DNA from: Haliotis cracherodii
Lineage: Eukaryota
Direction: 5' to 3'
Assembly (NCBI RefSeq): GCF_022045235.1
Contig: NW_027266286.1
Coordinates: forward strand, 68,448,001-68,512,000
DNA: 64,000 nt
Numbering within the stretch: the first letter of the stretch is position 1; each line of letters opens with the position of its first letter. Below the pieces are notes generated by a model. It was not told where the DNA came from. It saw only the letters and a program-made list of their open reading frames with translations, and ran no database searches. Made by a program: the position numbers and the translations under genes. Positions 51,722-64,000 of this stretch are shown here, piece by piece.

Positions 51722-53922
51722 CCTGTCAGTTACGTTGTTTATCCACGAGAGAATAAACAATTTAAATGTCTCTTTTGGGATTCACACCGCCTTATATATA
51801 TGTGGTACAGGAAATCAGGATGTTGAATGTAAATGCCCACATTGGAAGATTTTAGTAAATAAAATTCCAATGAGACTTTTTACAACTTTAGAGCGTGAAG
51901 AATGAATCTCTATTTTGTAATATCACATACGACACTGCCACCTGCCTCTCTGTATTAGGCATATCTTCCTGCATAATTATTAAATGCAAACTGTGTATTT
52001 GTGACCTAACCTGGCACCCTGTGGCTATCTCACTGCCGGGAAGCATGATAGATTTAGTGGTTCATCCAATGCAATTACAGCTACAGACCGTTTTGTGAAA
52101 AACTTGAATGGAGATAGAATATTTTAAATGAAGGATAAATGCTGACCTTTAGAATTTCGTTGGGTGCAAGTACTGAGTCTACTGAGCTACCATGACTTGG
52201 AGTCAAAGGACGTTTATCAACGTATGTCAAATACGTCTTTAAAAGCAGAGGTTGTGGAAAGCTAATTATTCATCTATTCATAATCAAACTTTATGTGAAG
52301 TTGGATTTTTCAAGTGTGTGATATATTTCAAAGTTTGAATACCTGCCCGAATAATTTCAAAGTCTCATAATTTTTTACAATAAAACAGGGTGAAAGCTGA
52401 TGATATACGCTCTTTGGTTTTCTGGCCTATAACACACGAATGAACACAGGGAAATCATTCCATCCCTGCCCACATTACTTTTCAAAGGAACTCTTCCATC
52501 TAAGTTTATCTCGTGTGTGTATATGTGTGTGTTTGGGAGTGTTTGGGAGAGAAAGTTCACGTCACATTTTATGCTATTTCGTAACTGGCCCAAACACTAA
52601 ACAATGATGAAATGCATGAACATTTTCTAAAGAGTGGTAAAATCTCAGCTTTTGAACACCACATGTGGACAGGATATACTTATCCATCACACGAATACCT
52701 GATGAAACCACTATCTCCGCAGGAACATGGATGTGGTGGTAGTTTATGACAGGCACTAGGGGCTTCAACCGTCAATCTATGACCCATGTATGACCCCCTT
52801 CCTGCCAAGCATTACCCACACCCACCCACCAAGCTATAGCACCAGAGATGAACATTCATCTGGCGTCAGAGCACAATTATTCGTCATTCTTTGCTATCTA
52901 CAGTGGCATGCCAATTCATACTGATTAATATCGCCCTTGCTGACTAACCTGTTACTTATCATTTGAACAGCAAAATACCAGTCTGGGTCCACCAGCTCGA
53001 CTTCCATGTAAACGCTGTCAACAACGGTCACTGAAAGTATCGAGCCGAAACACACCCATCGGCCTTCAACTGGGGGTCAAATCATGGGAAGTTCGAGTCA
53101 ATATCATGCACACATTTTGGATCAAAACAAATTACCAACACAATACAATGTCCAATCTTGCATTTAAGCTATCACAAGTCACTCCAAACATATCTGACAC
53201 AGACTCAACAACCCATTCAAACGGGGGACTATGTTCTCCTATTTACCTTCCGGGTCATGGTAAAACTTAGGGGACGTAACTGTGGTCTCGGGCCTAGTCT
53301 ATCTTAGAGCGAATCTGCTCCTTGACCATTCATATTGCGCTGGACTCTTGAAAAAAACAGAAAACAAACCAATTGGATTTGGTTTAGAGTGGGCTTTCTC
53401 TTGAGATCGTGCCGTTGTATTGGTGGATCGCTGCTCAACTGTATAAGCTCTTAATTCTATCGGCATTGCATGAGTGCATTGAGGCACGTGCCACAGTTTT
53501 ATTTGGACATGCACACGGCTGTAATTATAAGCCAGGTGGACGTTTAGAGGCCATAATGATAGTACGATACTAAATGGGACTTCATGCATTTTCGGACAGA
53601 AACAGTCTACTTGCTTTGTTCAACATGTGTATAGGTTTATTGGCAGGCCTTCGAGGTTCCTAACCTTGGTGGGAATGATTCCAAAGTGACAATCACTATG
53701 CAGGACACTGAAAAGTAAGTAGGGAAACTAGCTCATACAATCTTGAATTTGATTGTACTTGAAGAAAATATAACCAAAGATATATTTACAATATAAACCA
53801 CAGCTTTATTTGTACTCGTTGAGAAATAGACAGAATGAATGGATGCAGCATGGTGAGTGCAATCGACAAATATGATATCAAATGTCCAGCACTTGATGTG
53901 AATATGATGATCCTTGAATCTT

Positions 53923-54448
53923 TTAACCGTGGTGTCCGCCTCCATGACCACCACCTCCATGACCACCTCCTCCGTGACCACCTCCTCCGTGGCCACCACC
54001 TCCGTGTCCTCCTCCTCCTCCTCCATGGCCACCACCTCCGTGACCTCCACCACCGTGACCGCCGCCTCCGTGACCACCACCACCACCACCGTGGCCGCCT
54101 CCGCCTCCACCACCGTGGCCTCCGCCTCCATGGCCGGCACCACCACCACCATGGCCACCAAGGGCGGAGCCAAGGAAGACTGTGAAGAATGTACAGAAAC
54201 AACAATACATAAGTGGTCATATATGACAGGATACACACACACACACAAAATCCGTCCACCATTCCTGATACAGTTTAGACTATGGTAGAAACTATCCTAT
54301 TCATTACGTTGTCAGCAAATCGAAAAGCCACTTAAAACTCAGCAAGAGCTAATAAAGTTGATTATTACAAAGTTTAAGATTGCGAATTCTCATCAGATAA
54401 GGCACACTTACCCAAGACTACAACAACTGCAACGTTAAGAAGGCGCAT
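53923..54448 (-). CDS. Gly/His polypeptide precursor, copy 20 (97 aa, one Gly>Ala; join 54448..54412, 54179..53923)
   Basis: Intact; shortest form, with only one of the three internal modules. Confidence 0.9.
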
Positions 54449-56649
54449 CCTGTCAGTTACGTTGTTTATCCACGAGAGAATAAACAATTTAAATGTCTCT
54501 TTTGGGATTCACACCGCCTTATATACATGTGGTACAGGAGATCAGGATGTTGAATGTAAATGCCCACATTGGAAGATTTTAGTAAATAAAATTCCAATGA
54601 GACTTTTTACAACTTTAGAGCGTGAAGAAGGAATCTCTATTTTGTAATATCACATGGGACAGTGTCACCTGCCTCTCTGTATTAGGCATATCTTCCTGCA
54701 TAATTATTAAATGCAAACTGTGTATTTGTGACCTAACCTGGCACCCTGTGGCTATCTCACTGCCGGGAAGCATGATAGATTTAGTGGTTCATCCAATGCA
54801 ATTACAGCTACAGACCGTTTTGTGAAAAACTTGAATGGAGATAGAATATTTTAAATGAAGCATAAATGCTGACCTTTAGAATTTCGTTGGGTGCAAGTAC
54901 TGAGTCTACTGAGCTACCATGACTTGGAGTCAAAGGACGTTTATCAACGTATGTCAAATACGTCTTTAAAAGCAGAGGTTGTGGGAAGCTAATTATTCAT
55001 CTATTCATAATCAAACTTTATGTGAAGTTGGATTTTTCAAGTGTGTGATATATTTCAAAGTTTGAATACCTGCCCGAATAATTTCAAAGTCTCATTATTT
55101 TCTACAATAAAACAGGGTGAAAGCTGATGATATACGCTCTTTGGTTTTCTGGCCTATAACACACGAATGAACACAGGGAAATCATTCCATCCCTGCCCAC
55201 ATTACTTTTCAAAGGAACTCTTCCATCTAAGTTTATCTCGTGTGTGTATATGTGTGTGTTTGGGAGTGTTTGGGAGAGAAAGTTCACGTCACATTTTATG
55301 CTATTTCGTAACTGGCCCAAACACTAAACAATGATGAAATGCATGAACATTTTCTAAAGAGTGGTAAAATCTCAGCTTTCGAACACCACATGTGGACAGG
55401 ATATACTTATCCATCACACGAATACCTGATGAAACCACTATCTCCGCAGGAACATGGATGTGGTGGTAGTTTATGACAGGCACTAGGGGCTTCAACCGTC
55501 AATCTATGACCCATGTATGACCCCCTTCCTGCCAAGCATTACCCACACCCACCCACCAAGCTACAGCACCAGAGATGAACATTCATCTGGCGTCAGAGCA
55601 CAATTATTCGTCATTCTTTGCTATCTACAGTGGCATGCCAATTCATACTGATTAATATCGCCCTTGCTGACTAACCTGTTACTTATCATTTGAACAGCAA
55701 AATACCAGTCTGGGTCCACCAGCTCGACTTCCAAGTAAACGCTGTCAACAACGGTCACTGAAAGTATCGAGCCGAAACACACCCATCGGCCTTCAACTGG
55801 GGGTCAAATCATGGGAAGTTCGAGTCAATATCATGCACACATTTTGGATCAAAACAAATTACCAACACAATACAATGTCCAATCTTGCATTTAAGCTATC
55901 ACAAGTCACTCCAAACATATCTGACACAGACTCAACAAGCCATTCAAAGGGGGGACTATGTTCTCCTATTTACCTTCCGGGTCATGGTAAAACTTAGGGG
56001 ACGTAACTGTGGTCTCGGGCCTAGTCTATCTTAGAGCGAATCTGCTCCTTGACCATTCATATTGCGCTGGACTCTTGAAAAAAACAGAAAACAAACCAAT
56101 TGGATTTGGTTTAGAGTGGGCTTCCTCTTGAGATCGTGCCGTTGTATTGGTGGATCGCTGCTCAACTGTATAAGCTCTTAATTCTATCGGCATTGCATGA
56201 GTGCATTGAGGCACGTGCCACAGTTTTATTTGGACATGCACACGGCTGTAATTATAAGCCAGGTGGACGTTTAGAGGCCATAATGATAGTACGATACTAA
56301 ATGGGACTTCATGCATTTTCGGACAGAAACAGTCTACTTGCTTTGTTCAACATGTGTATAGGTTTATTGGCAGGCCTTCGAGGTTCCTAACCTTGGTGGG
56401 AATGATTCCAAAGTGACAATCACTATGCAGGACACTGAAAAGTAAGTAGGGAAACTAGCTCATACAATCTTGAATTTGATTGTACTTGAAGAAAATATAA
56501 CCAAAGATATATTTACAATATAAACCACAGCTTTATTTGTACTCGTTGAGAAATAGACAGAATGAATGGATGCAGCATGGTGAGTGTAATCGACAAATAT
56601 GATATCAAATGTCCAGCACTTGATGTGAATATGATGATCCTTGAATCTT

Positions 56650-57175
56650 TTAACCGTGGTGTCCGCCTCCATGACCACCACCTCCATGACCACCTCCTCC
56701 GTGACCACCTCCTCCGTGGCCACCACCTCCGTGTCCTCCTCCTCCTCCTCCATGGCCACCACCTCCGTGACCTCCACCACCGTGACCGCCGCCTCCGTGA
56801 CCACCACCACCACCACCGTGGCCGCCTCCGCCTCCACCACCGTGGCCTCCGCCTCCATGGCCGGCACCACCACCACCATGGCCACCAAGGGCGGAGCCAA
56901 GGAAGACTGTGAAGAATGTACAGAAACAACAATACATAAGTGGTCATATATGACAGGATACACACACACACACAAAATCCGTCCACCATTCCTGATACAG
57001 TTTAGACTATGGTAGAAACTATCCTATTCATTACGTTGTCAGCAAATCGAAAAGCCACTTAAAACTCAGCAAGAGCTAATAAAGTTGATTATTACAAAGT
57101 TTAAGATTGCGAATTCTCATCAGATAAGGCACACTTACCCAAGACTACAACAACTGCAACGTTAAGAAGGCGCAT
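56650..57175 (-). CDS. Gly/His polypeptide precursor, copy 21 (97 aa; join 57175..57139, 56906..56650)
   Basis: Same protein as copy 20. Confidence 0.9.
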
Positions 57176-59376
57176 CCTGTCAGTTACGTTGTTTATCCAC
57201 GAGAGAATAAACAATTTAAATGTCTCTTTTGGGATTCACACCGCCTTATATACATGTGGTACAGGAGATCAGGATGTTGAATGTAAATGCCCACATTGGA
57301 AGATTTTAGTAAATAAAATTCCAATGAGACTTTTTACAACTTTAGAGCGTGAAGAAGGAATCTCTATTTTGTAATATCACATGGGACAGTGTCACCTGCC
57401 TCTCTGTATTAGGCATATCTTCCTGCATAATTATTAAATGCAAACTGTGTATTTGTGACCTAACCTGGCACCCTGTGGCTATCTCACTGCCGGGAAGCAT
57501 GATAGATTTAGTGGTTCATCCAATGCAATTACAGCTACAGACCGTTTTGTGAAAAACTTGAATGGAGATAGAATATTTTAAATGAAGCATAAATGCTGAC
57601 CTTTAGAATTTCGTTGGGTGCAAGTACTGAGTCTACTGAGCTACCATGACTTGGAGTCAAAGGACGTTTATCAACGTATGTCAAATACGTCTTTAAAAGC
57701 AGAGGTTGTGGGAAGCTAATTATTCATCTATTCATAATCAAACTTTATGTGAAGTTGGATTTTTCAAGTGTGTGATATATTTCAAAGTTTGAATACCTGC
57801 CCGAATAATTTCAAAGTCTCATTATTTTCTACAATAAAACAGGGTGAAAGCTGATGATATACGCTCTTTGGTTTTCTGGCCTATAACACACGAATGAACA
57901 CAGGGAAATCATTCCATCCCTGCCCACATTACTTTTCAAAGGAACTCTTCCATCTAAGTTTATCTCGTGTGTGTATATGTGTGTGTTTGGGAGTGTTTGG
58001 GAGAGAAAGTTCACGTCACATTTTATGCTATTTCGTAACTGGCCCAAACACTAAACAATGATGAAATGCATGAACATTTTCTAAAGAGTGGTAAAATCTC
58101 AGCTTTCGAACACCACATGTGGACAGGATATACTTATCCATCACACGAATACCTGATGAAACCACTATCTCCGCAGGAACATGGATGTGGTGGTAGTTTA
58201 TGACAGGCACTAGGGGCTTCAACCGTCAATCTATGACCCATGTATGACCCCCTTCCTGCCAAGCATTACCCACACCCACCCACCAAGCTACAGCACCAGA
58301 GATGAACATTCATCTGGCGTCAGAGCACAATTATTCGTCATTCTTTGCTATCTACAGTGGCATGCCAATTCATACTGATTAATATCGCCCTTGCTGACTA
58401 ACCTGTTACTTATCATTTGAACAGCAAAATACCAGTCTGGGTCCACCAGCTCGACTTCCAAGTAAACGCTGTCAACAACGGTCACTGAAAGTATCGAGCC
58501 GAAACACACCCATCGGCCTTCAACTGGGGGTCAAATCATGGGAAGTTCGAGTCAATATCATGCACACATTTTGGATCAAAACAAATTACCAACACAATAC
58601 AATGTCCAATCTTGCATTTAAGCTATCACAAGTCACTCCAAACATATCTGACACAGACTCAACAAGCCATTCAAACGGGGGACTATATTCTCCTATTTAC
58701 CTTCCGGGTCATGGTAAAACTTAGGGGACGTAACTGTGGTCTCGGGCCTAGTCTATCTTAGAGCGAATCTGCTCCTTGACCATTCATATTGCGCTGGACT
58801 CTTGAAAAAAACAGAAAACAAACCAATTGGATTTGGTTTAGAGTGGGCTTTCTCTTGAGATCGTGCCGTTGTATTGGTGGATCGCTGCTCAACTGTATAA
58901 GCTCTTAATTCTATCGGCATTGCATGAGTGCATTGAGGCACGTGCCACAGTTTTATTTGGACATGCACACGGCTGTAATTATAAGCCAGGTGGACGTTTA
59001 GAGGCCATAATGATAGTACGATACTAAATGGGACTTCATGCATTTTCGGACAGAAACAGTCTACTTGCTTTGTTCAACATGTGTATAGGTTTATTGGCAG
59101 GCCTTCGAGGTTCCTAACCTTGGTGGGAATGATTCCAAAGTGACAATCACTATGCAGGACACTGAAAAGTAAGTAGGGAAACTAGCTCATACAATCTTGA
59201 ATTTGATTGTACTTGAAGAAAATATAACCAAAGATATATTTACAATATAAACCACAGCTTTATTTGTACTCGTTGAGAAATAGACAGAATGAATGGATGC
59301 AGCATGGTGAGTGCAATCGACAAATATAATATCAAATGTCCAGCACTTGATGTGAATATGATGATCCTTGAATCTT

Positions 59377-59986
59377 TTAACCGTGGTGTCCGCCTCCATG
59401 ACCACCACCTCCATGACCACCTCCTCCGTGACCACCTCCTCCGTGGCCAAAACCTCCGTGTCCTCCTCCTCCTCCTCCTCCTCCATGGCCACCACCTCCG
59501 TGTCCTCCTCCTCCTCCTCCATGGCCACCACCTCCGTGTCCTCCTCCTCCTCCTCCATGGCCACCACCTCCGTGACCTCCACCACCGTGACCGCCGCCTC
59601 CGTGACCACCACCACCACCACCGTGGCCGCCTCCGCCTCCGCCCCCGCCTCCGTGGCCTCCGCCTCCATGGCCGCCACCACCACCACCATGGCCACCAAG
59701 GGCGGAGCCAAGGAAGACTGTGAAGAATGTACAGAAACAACAATACATAAGTGGTCATATATGACAGGATACACACACACACACAAAATCCGTCCACCAT
59801 TCCTGATACAGTTTAGACTATGGTAGAAACTATCCTATTCATTACGTTGTCAGCAAATCGAAAAGCCACTTAAAACTCAGCAAGAGCTAATAAAGTTGAT
59901 TATTACAAAGTTGAAGATTGCGAATTCTCATCAGATAAGGCACACTTACCCAAGACTACAGCAACTGCAACGTTAAGAAGGCGCAT
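59377..59986 (-). CDS. Gly/His polypeptide precursor, copy 22 (125 aa, V9A and one Gly>Phe; join 59986..59950, 59717..59377)
   Basis: Intact; GTT>GCT in exon 1, and GGT>TTT giving GGFGH. Confidence 0.9.
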
Positions 59987-62187
59987 CCTGTCAGTTACGT
60001 TGTTTATCCACGAGAGAATAAACAATTTAAATGTCTCTTTTGGGATTCACACCGCCTTATATACATGTGGTACAGGAAATCAGGATGTTGAATGTAAATG
60101 CCCACATTGGAAGATTTTAGTAAATAAAATTCCAATGAGACTTTTTACAACTTTAGAGCGTGAAGAATGAATCTCTATTTTGTAATATCACATACGACAC
60201 TGCCACCTGCCTCTCTGTATTAGGCATATCTTCCTGCATAATTATTAAATGCAAACTGTGTATTTGTGACCTAACCTGGCACCCTGTGGCTATCTCACTG
60301 CCGGGAAGCATGATAGATTTAGTGGTTCATCCAATGCAATTACAGCTACAGACCGTTTTGTGAAAAACTTGAATGGAGATAGAATATTTTAAATGAAGGA
60401 TAAATGCTGACCTTTAGAATTTCGTTGGGTGCAAGTACTGAGTCTACTGAGCTACCATGACTTGGAGTCAAAGGACGTTTATCAACGTATGTCAAATACG
60501 TCTTTAAAAGCAGAGGTTGTGGGAAGCTAATTATTCATCTATTCATAATCAAACTTTATGTGAAGTTGGATTTTTCAAGTGTGTGATATATTTCAAAGTT
60601 TGAATACCTACCCGAATAATTTCAAAGTCTCATTATTTTCTACAATAAAACAGGGTGAAAGCTGATGATATACGCTCTTTGGTTTTCTGGCCTATAACAC
60701 ACGAATGAACACAGGGAAATCATTCCATCCCTGCCCACATTACTTTTCAAAGGAACTCTTCCATCTAAGTTTATCTCGTGTGTGTATATGTGTGTGTTTG
60801 GGAGTGTTTGGGAGAGAAAGTTCACGTCACATTTTATGCTATTTCGTAACTGGCCCAAACACTAAACAATGATGAAATGCATGAACATTTTCTAAAGAGT
60901 GGTAAAATCACAGCTTTCGAACACCACATGTGGACAGGATATACTTATCCATCACACGAATACCTGATGAAACCACTATCTCCGCAGGAACATGGATGTG
61001 GTGGTAGTTTATGACAGGCACTAGGGGCTTCAACCGTCAATCTATGACCCATGTATGACCCCCTTCCTGCCAAGCATTACCCACACCCACCCACCAAGCT
61101 ACAGCACCAGAGATGAACATTCATCTGGCGTCAGAGCACAATTATTCGTCATTCTTTGCTATCTACAGTGGCATGCCAATTCATACTGATTAATATCGCC
61201 CTTGCTGACTAACCTGTTACTTATCATTTGAACAGCAAAATACCAGTCTGGGTCCACCAGCTCGACTTCCAAGTAAACGCTGTCAACAACGGTCACTGAA
61301 AGTATCGAGCCGAAACACACCCATCGGCCTTCAACTGGGGGTCAAATCATGGGAAGTTCGAGTCAATATCATGCACACATTTTGGATCAAAACAAATTAC
61401 CAACACAATACAATGTCCAATCTTGCATTTAAGCTATCACAAGTCACTCCAAACATATCTGACACAGACTCAACAAGCCATTCAAACGGGGGACTATATT
61501 CTCCTATTTACCTTCCGGGTCATGGTAAAACTTAGGGGACGTAACTGTGGTCTCGGGCCTAGTCTATCTTAGAGCGAATCTGCTCCTTGACCATTCATAT
61601 TGCGCTGGACTCTTGAAAAAAACAGAAAACAAACCAATTGGATTTGGTTTAGAGTGGGCTTTCTCTTGAGATCGTGCCGTTGTATTGGTGGATCGCTGCT
61701 CAACTGTATAAGCTCTTAATTCTATCGGCATTGCATGAGTGCATTGAGGCACGTGCCACAGTTTTATTTGGACATGCACACGGCTGTAATTATAAGCCAG
61801 GTGGACGTTTAGAGGCCATAATGATAGTACGATACTAAATGGGACTTCATGCATTTTCGGACAGAAACAGTCTACTTGCTTTGTTCAACATGTGTATAGG
61901 TTTATTGGCAGGCCTTCGAGGTTCCTAACCTTGGTGGGAATGATTCCAAAGTGACAATCACTATGCAGGACACTGAAAAGTAAGTAGGGAAACTAGCTCA
62001 TACAATCTTGAATTTGATTGTACTTGAAGAAAATATAACCAAAGATATATTTACAATATAAACCACAGCTTTATTTGTACTCGTTGAGAAATAGACAGAA
62101 TGAATGGATGCAGCATGGTGAGTGCAATCGACAAATATGATATCAAATGTCCAGCACTTGATGTGAATATGATGATCCTTGAATCTT

Positions 62188-62782
62188 TTAACCGTGGTGT
62201 CCGCCTCCATGACCACCACCTCCATGACCACCTCCTCCGTGACCACCTCCTCCGTGGCCACCACCTCCGTGTCCTCCTCCTCCTCCTCCATGGCCACCAC
62301 CTCCGTGTCCTCCTCCTCCTCCATGGCCACCACCTCCGTGTCCTCCTCCTCCTCCTCCATGGCCACCACCTCCGTGACCTCCACCACCGTGACCGCCGCC
62401 TCCGTGACCACCTCCACCACCACCGTGGCCGCCTCCGCCTCCGCCTCCGTGGCCTCCGCCTCCATGGCCGCCACCACCACCACCATGGCCACCAAGGGCG
62501 GAGCCAAGGAAGACTGTGAAGAATGTACAGAAACAACAATACATAAGTGGTCATATATGACAGGATACACACACACACACAAAATCCGTCCACCATTCCT
62601 GATACAGTTTAGACCATGGTAGAAACTATCCTATTCATTACGTTGTCAGCAAATCGAAAAGCCACTTAAAACTCAGCAAGAGCTAATAAAGTTGATTATT
62701 ACAAAGTTGAAGATTGCGAATTCTCATCAGATAAGGCACACTTACCCAAGACTACAACAACTGCAACGTTAAGAAGGCGCAT
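62188..62782 (-). CDS. Gly/His polypeptide precursor, copy 23 (120 aa; join 62782..62746, 62513..62188)
   Basis: Start, splice sites and stop are intact. Confidence 0.9.
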
Positions 62783-64000
62783 CCTGTCAGTTACGTTGTT
62801 TATCCACGAGAGAATAAACAATTTAAATGTCTCTTTTGGGATTCACACCGCCTTATATACATGTGGTACAGGAAATCAGGATGTTGAATATAAATGCCCA
62901 CATTGGAAGATTTTAGTAAATAAAATTCCAATGAGACTTTTTACAACTTTAGAGCGTGAAGAATGAATCTCTATTTTGTAATATCACATACGACACTGCC
63001 ACCTGCCTCTCTGTATTAGGCATATCTTCCTGCATAATTATTAAATGCAAACTGTGTATTTGTGACCTAACCTGGCACCCTGTGGCTATCTCACTGCCGG
63101 GAAGCATGATAGATTTAGTGGTTCATCCAATGCAATTACAGCTACAGACCGTTTTGTGAAAAACTTGAATGGAGATAGAATATTTTAAATGAAGGATAAA
63201 TGCTGACCTTTAGAATTTCGTTGGGTGCAAGTACTGAGTCTACTGAGCTACCATGACTTGGAGTCAAAGGACGTTTATCAACGTATGTCAAATACGTCTT
63301 TAAAAGCAGAGGTTGTGGGAAGCTAATTATTCATCTATTCATAATCAAACTTTATGTGAAGTTGGATTTTTCAAGTGTGTGATATATTTCAAAGTTTGAA
63401 TACCTGCCCGAATAATTTCAAAGTCTCATTATTTTCTACAATAAAACAGGGTGAAAGCTGATGATATACGCTCTTTGGTTTTCTGGCCTATAACACACGA
63501 ATGAACACAGGGAAATCATTCCATCCCTGCCCACATTACTTTTCAAAGGAACTCTTCCATCTAAGTTTATCTCGTGTGTGTATATGTGTGTGTTTGGGAG
63601 TGTTTGGGAGAGAAAGTTCACGTCACATTTTATGCTATTTCGTAACTGGCCCAAACACTAAACAATGATGAAATGCATGAACATTTTCTAAAGAGTGGTA
63701 AAATCTCAGCTTTCGAACACCACATGTGGACAGGATATATTTATCCATCACACGAATACCTGATGAAACCACTATCTCCGCAGGAACATGGATGTGGTGG
63801 TAGTTTATGACAGGCACTAGGGGCTTCAACCGTCAATCTATGACCCATGTATGAACCCCTTCCTGCCAAGCATTACCCACACCCACCCACCAAGCTACAG
63901 CACCAGAGATGAACATTCATCTGGCGTCAGAGCACAATTATTCGTCATTCTTTGCTATCTACAGTGGCATGCCAATTCATACTGATTAATATCGCCCTTG

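Larger units (their letters stand above)
1..64000. repeat. Tandem gene array, ~2.8-kb unit, about 23 copies, open at both window ends
   Basis: The marker aactgggggtc(a/t)aatcatgg recurs at 1, 2807, 5613, 8419, 11221, 14014, 16800, 19604, 22405, 25206, 27994, 30800, 33611, 36374, 39174, 41953, 44729, 47506, 50269, 53068, 55795, 58522 and 61333. The ORF track repeats with the same period, and units differ only by scattered SNPs and small indels. Confidence 0.99.

Noticed and set aside
1-64000. Array as CRISPR, rDNA/5S/histone cluster, or tandem transposon/LTR
   Set aside because: No repeat-spacer structure, no rRNA, tRNA or histone sequence recognised, and no transposase or RT frames, terminal repeats or target-site duplications seen.

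Overview
The whole window is one head-to-tail tandem array of a ~2.8-kb unit: 22 complete units of 2727-2811 bp plus a partial 23rd, with the array running off both window ends. Each unit carries one small spliced eukaryotic gene on the minus strand, which the ORF track does not show correctly. Copy 1 layout: TATA box (TATATAA, 1531-1537), inferred start site ~1506, exon 1 CDS 1460-1424, a 236-bp phase-1 GT-AG intron, exon 2 1187-856, and AATAAA at 743-738. The spliced product is a ~20-aa signal peptide (MRLLNVAVVVVLVFLGSALG) followed by a mature chain made only of Gly and His (83 G + 19 H in copy 1, G3-8H repeats, ending HHG-stop). 22 copies have intact frames (97-125 aa); copy 14 has a nonsense mutation. 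The spacer has five metal-response-element cores per unit, two of them flanking a palindromic E-box. My reading is a massively amplified gene for a secreted Gly/His polypeptide, with a metal-binding structural or antimicrobial role as inference. The host is a eukaryote, probably an invertebrate animal, but the organism cannot be fixed from sequence alone. All other listed ORFs look like shadow or chance frames.
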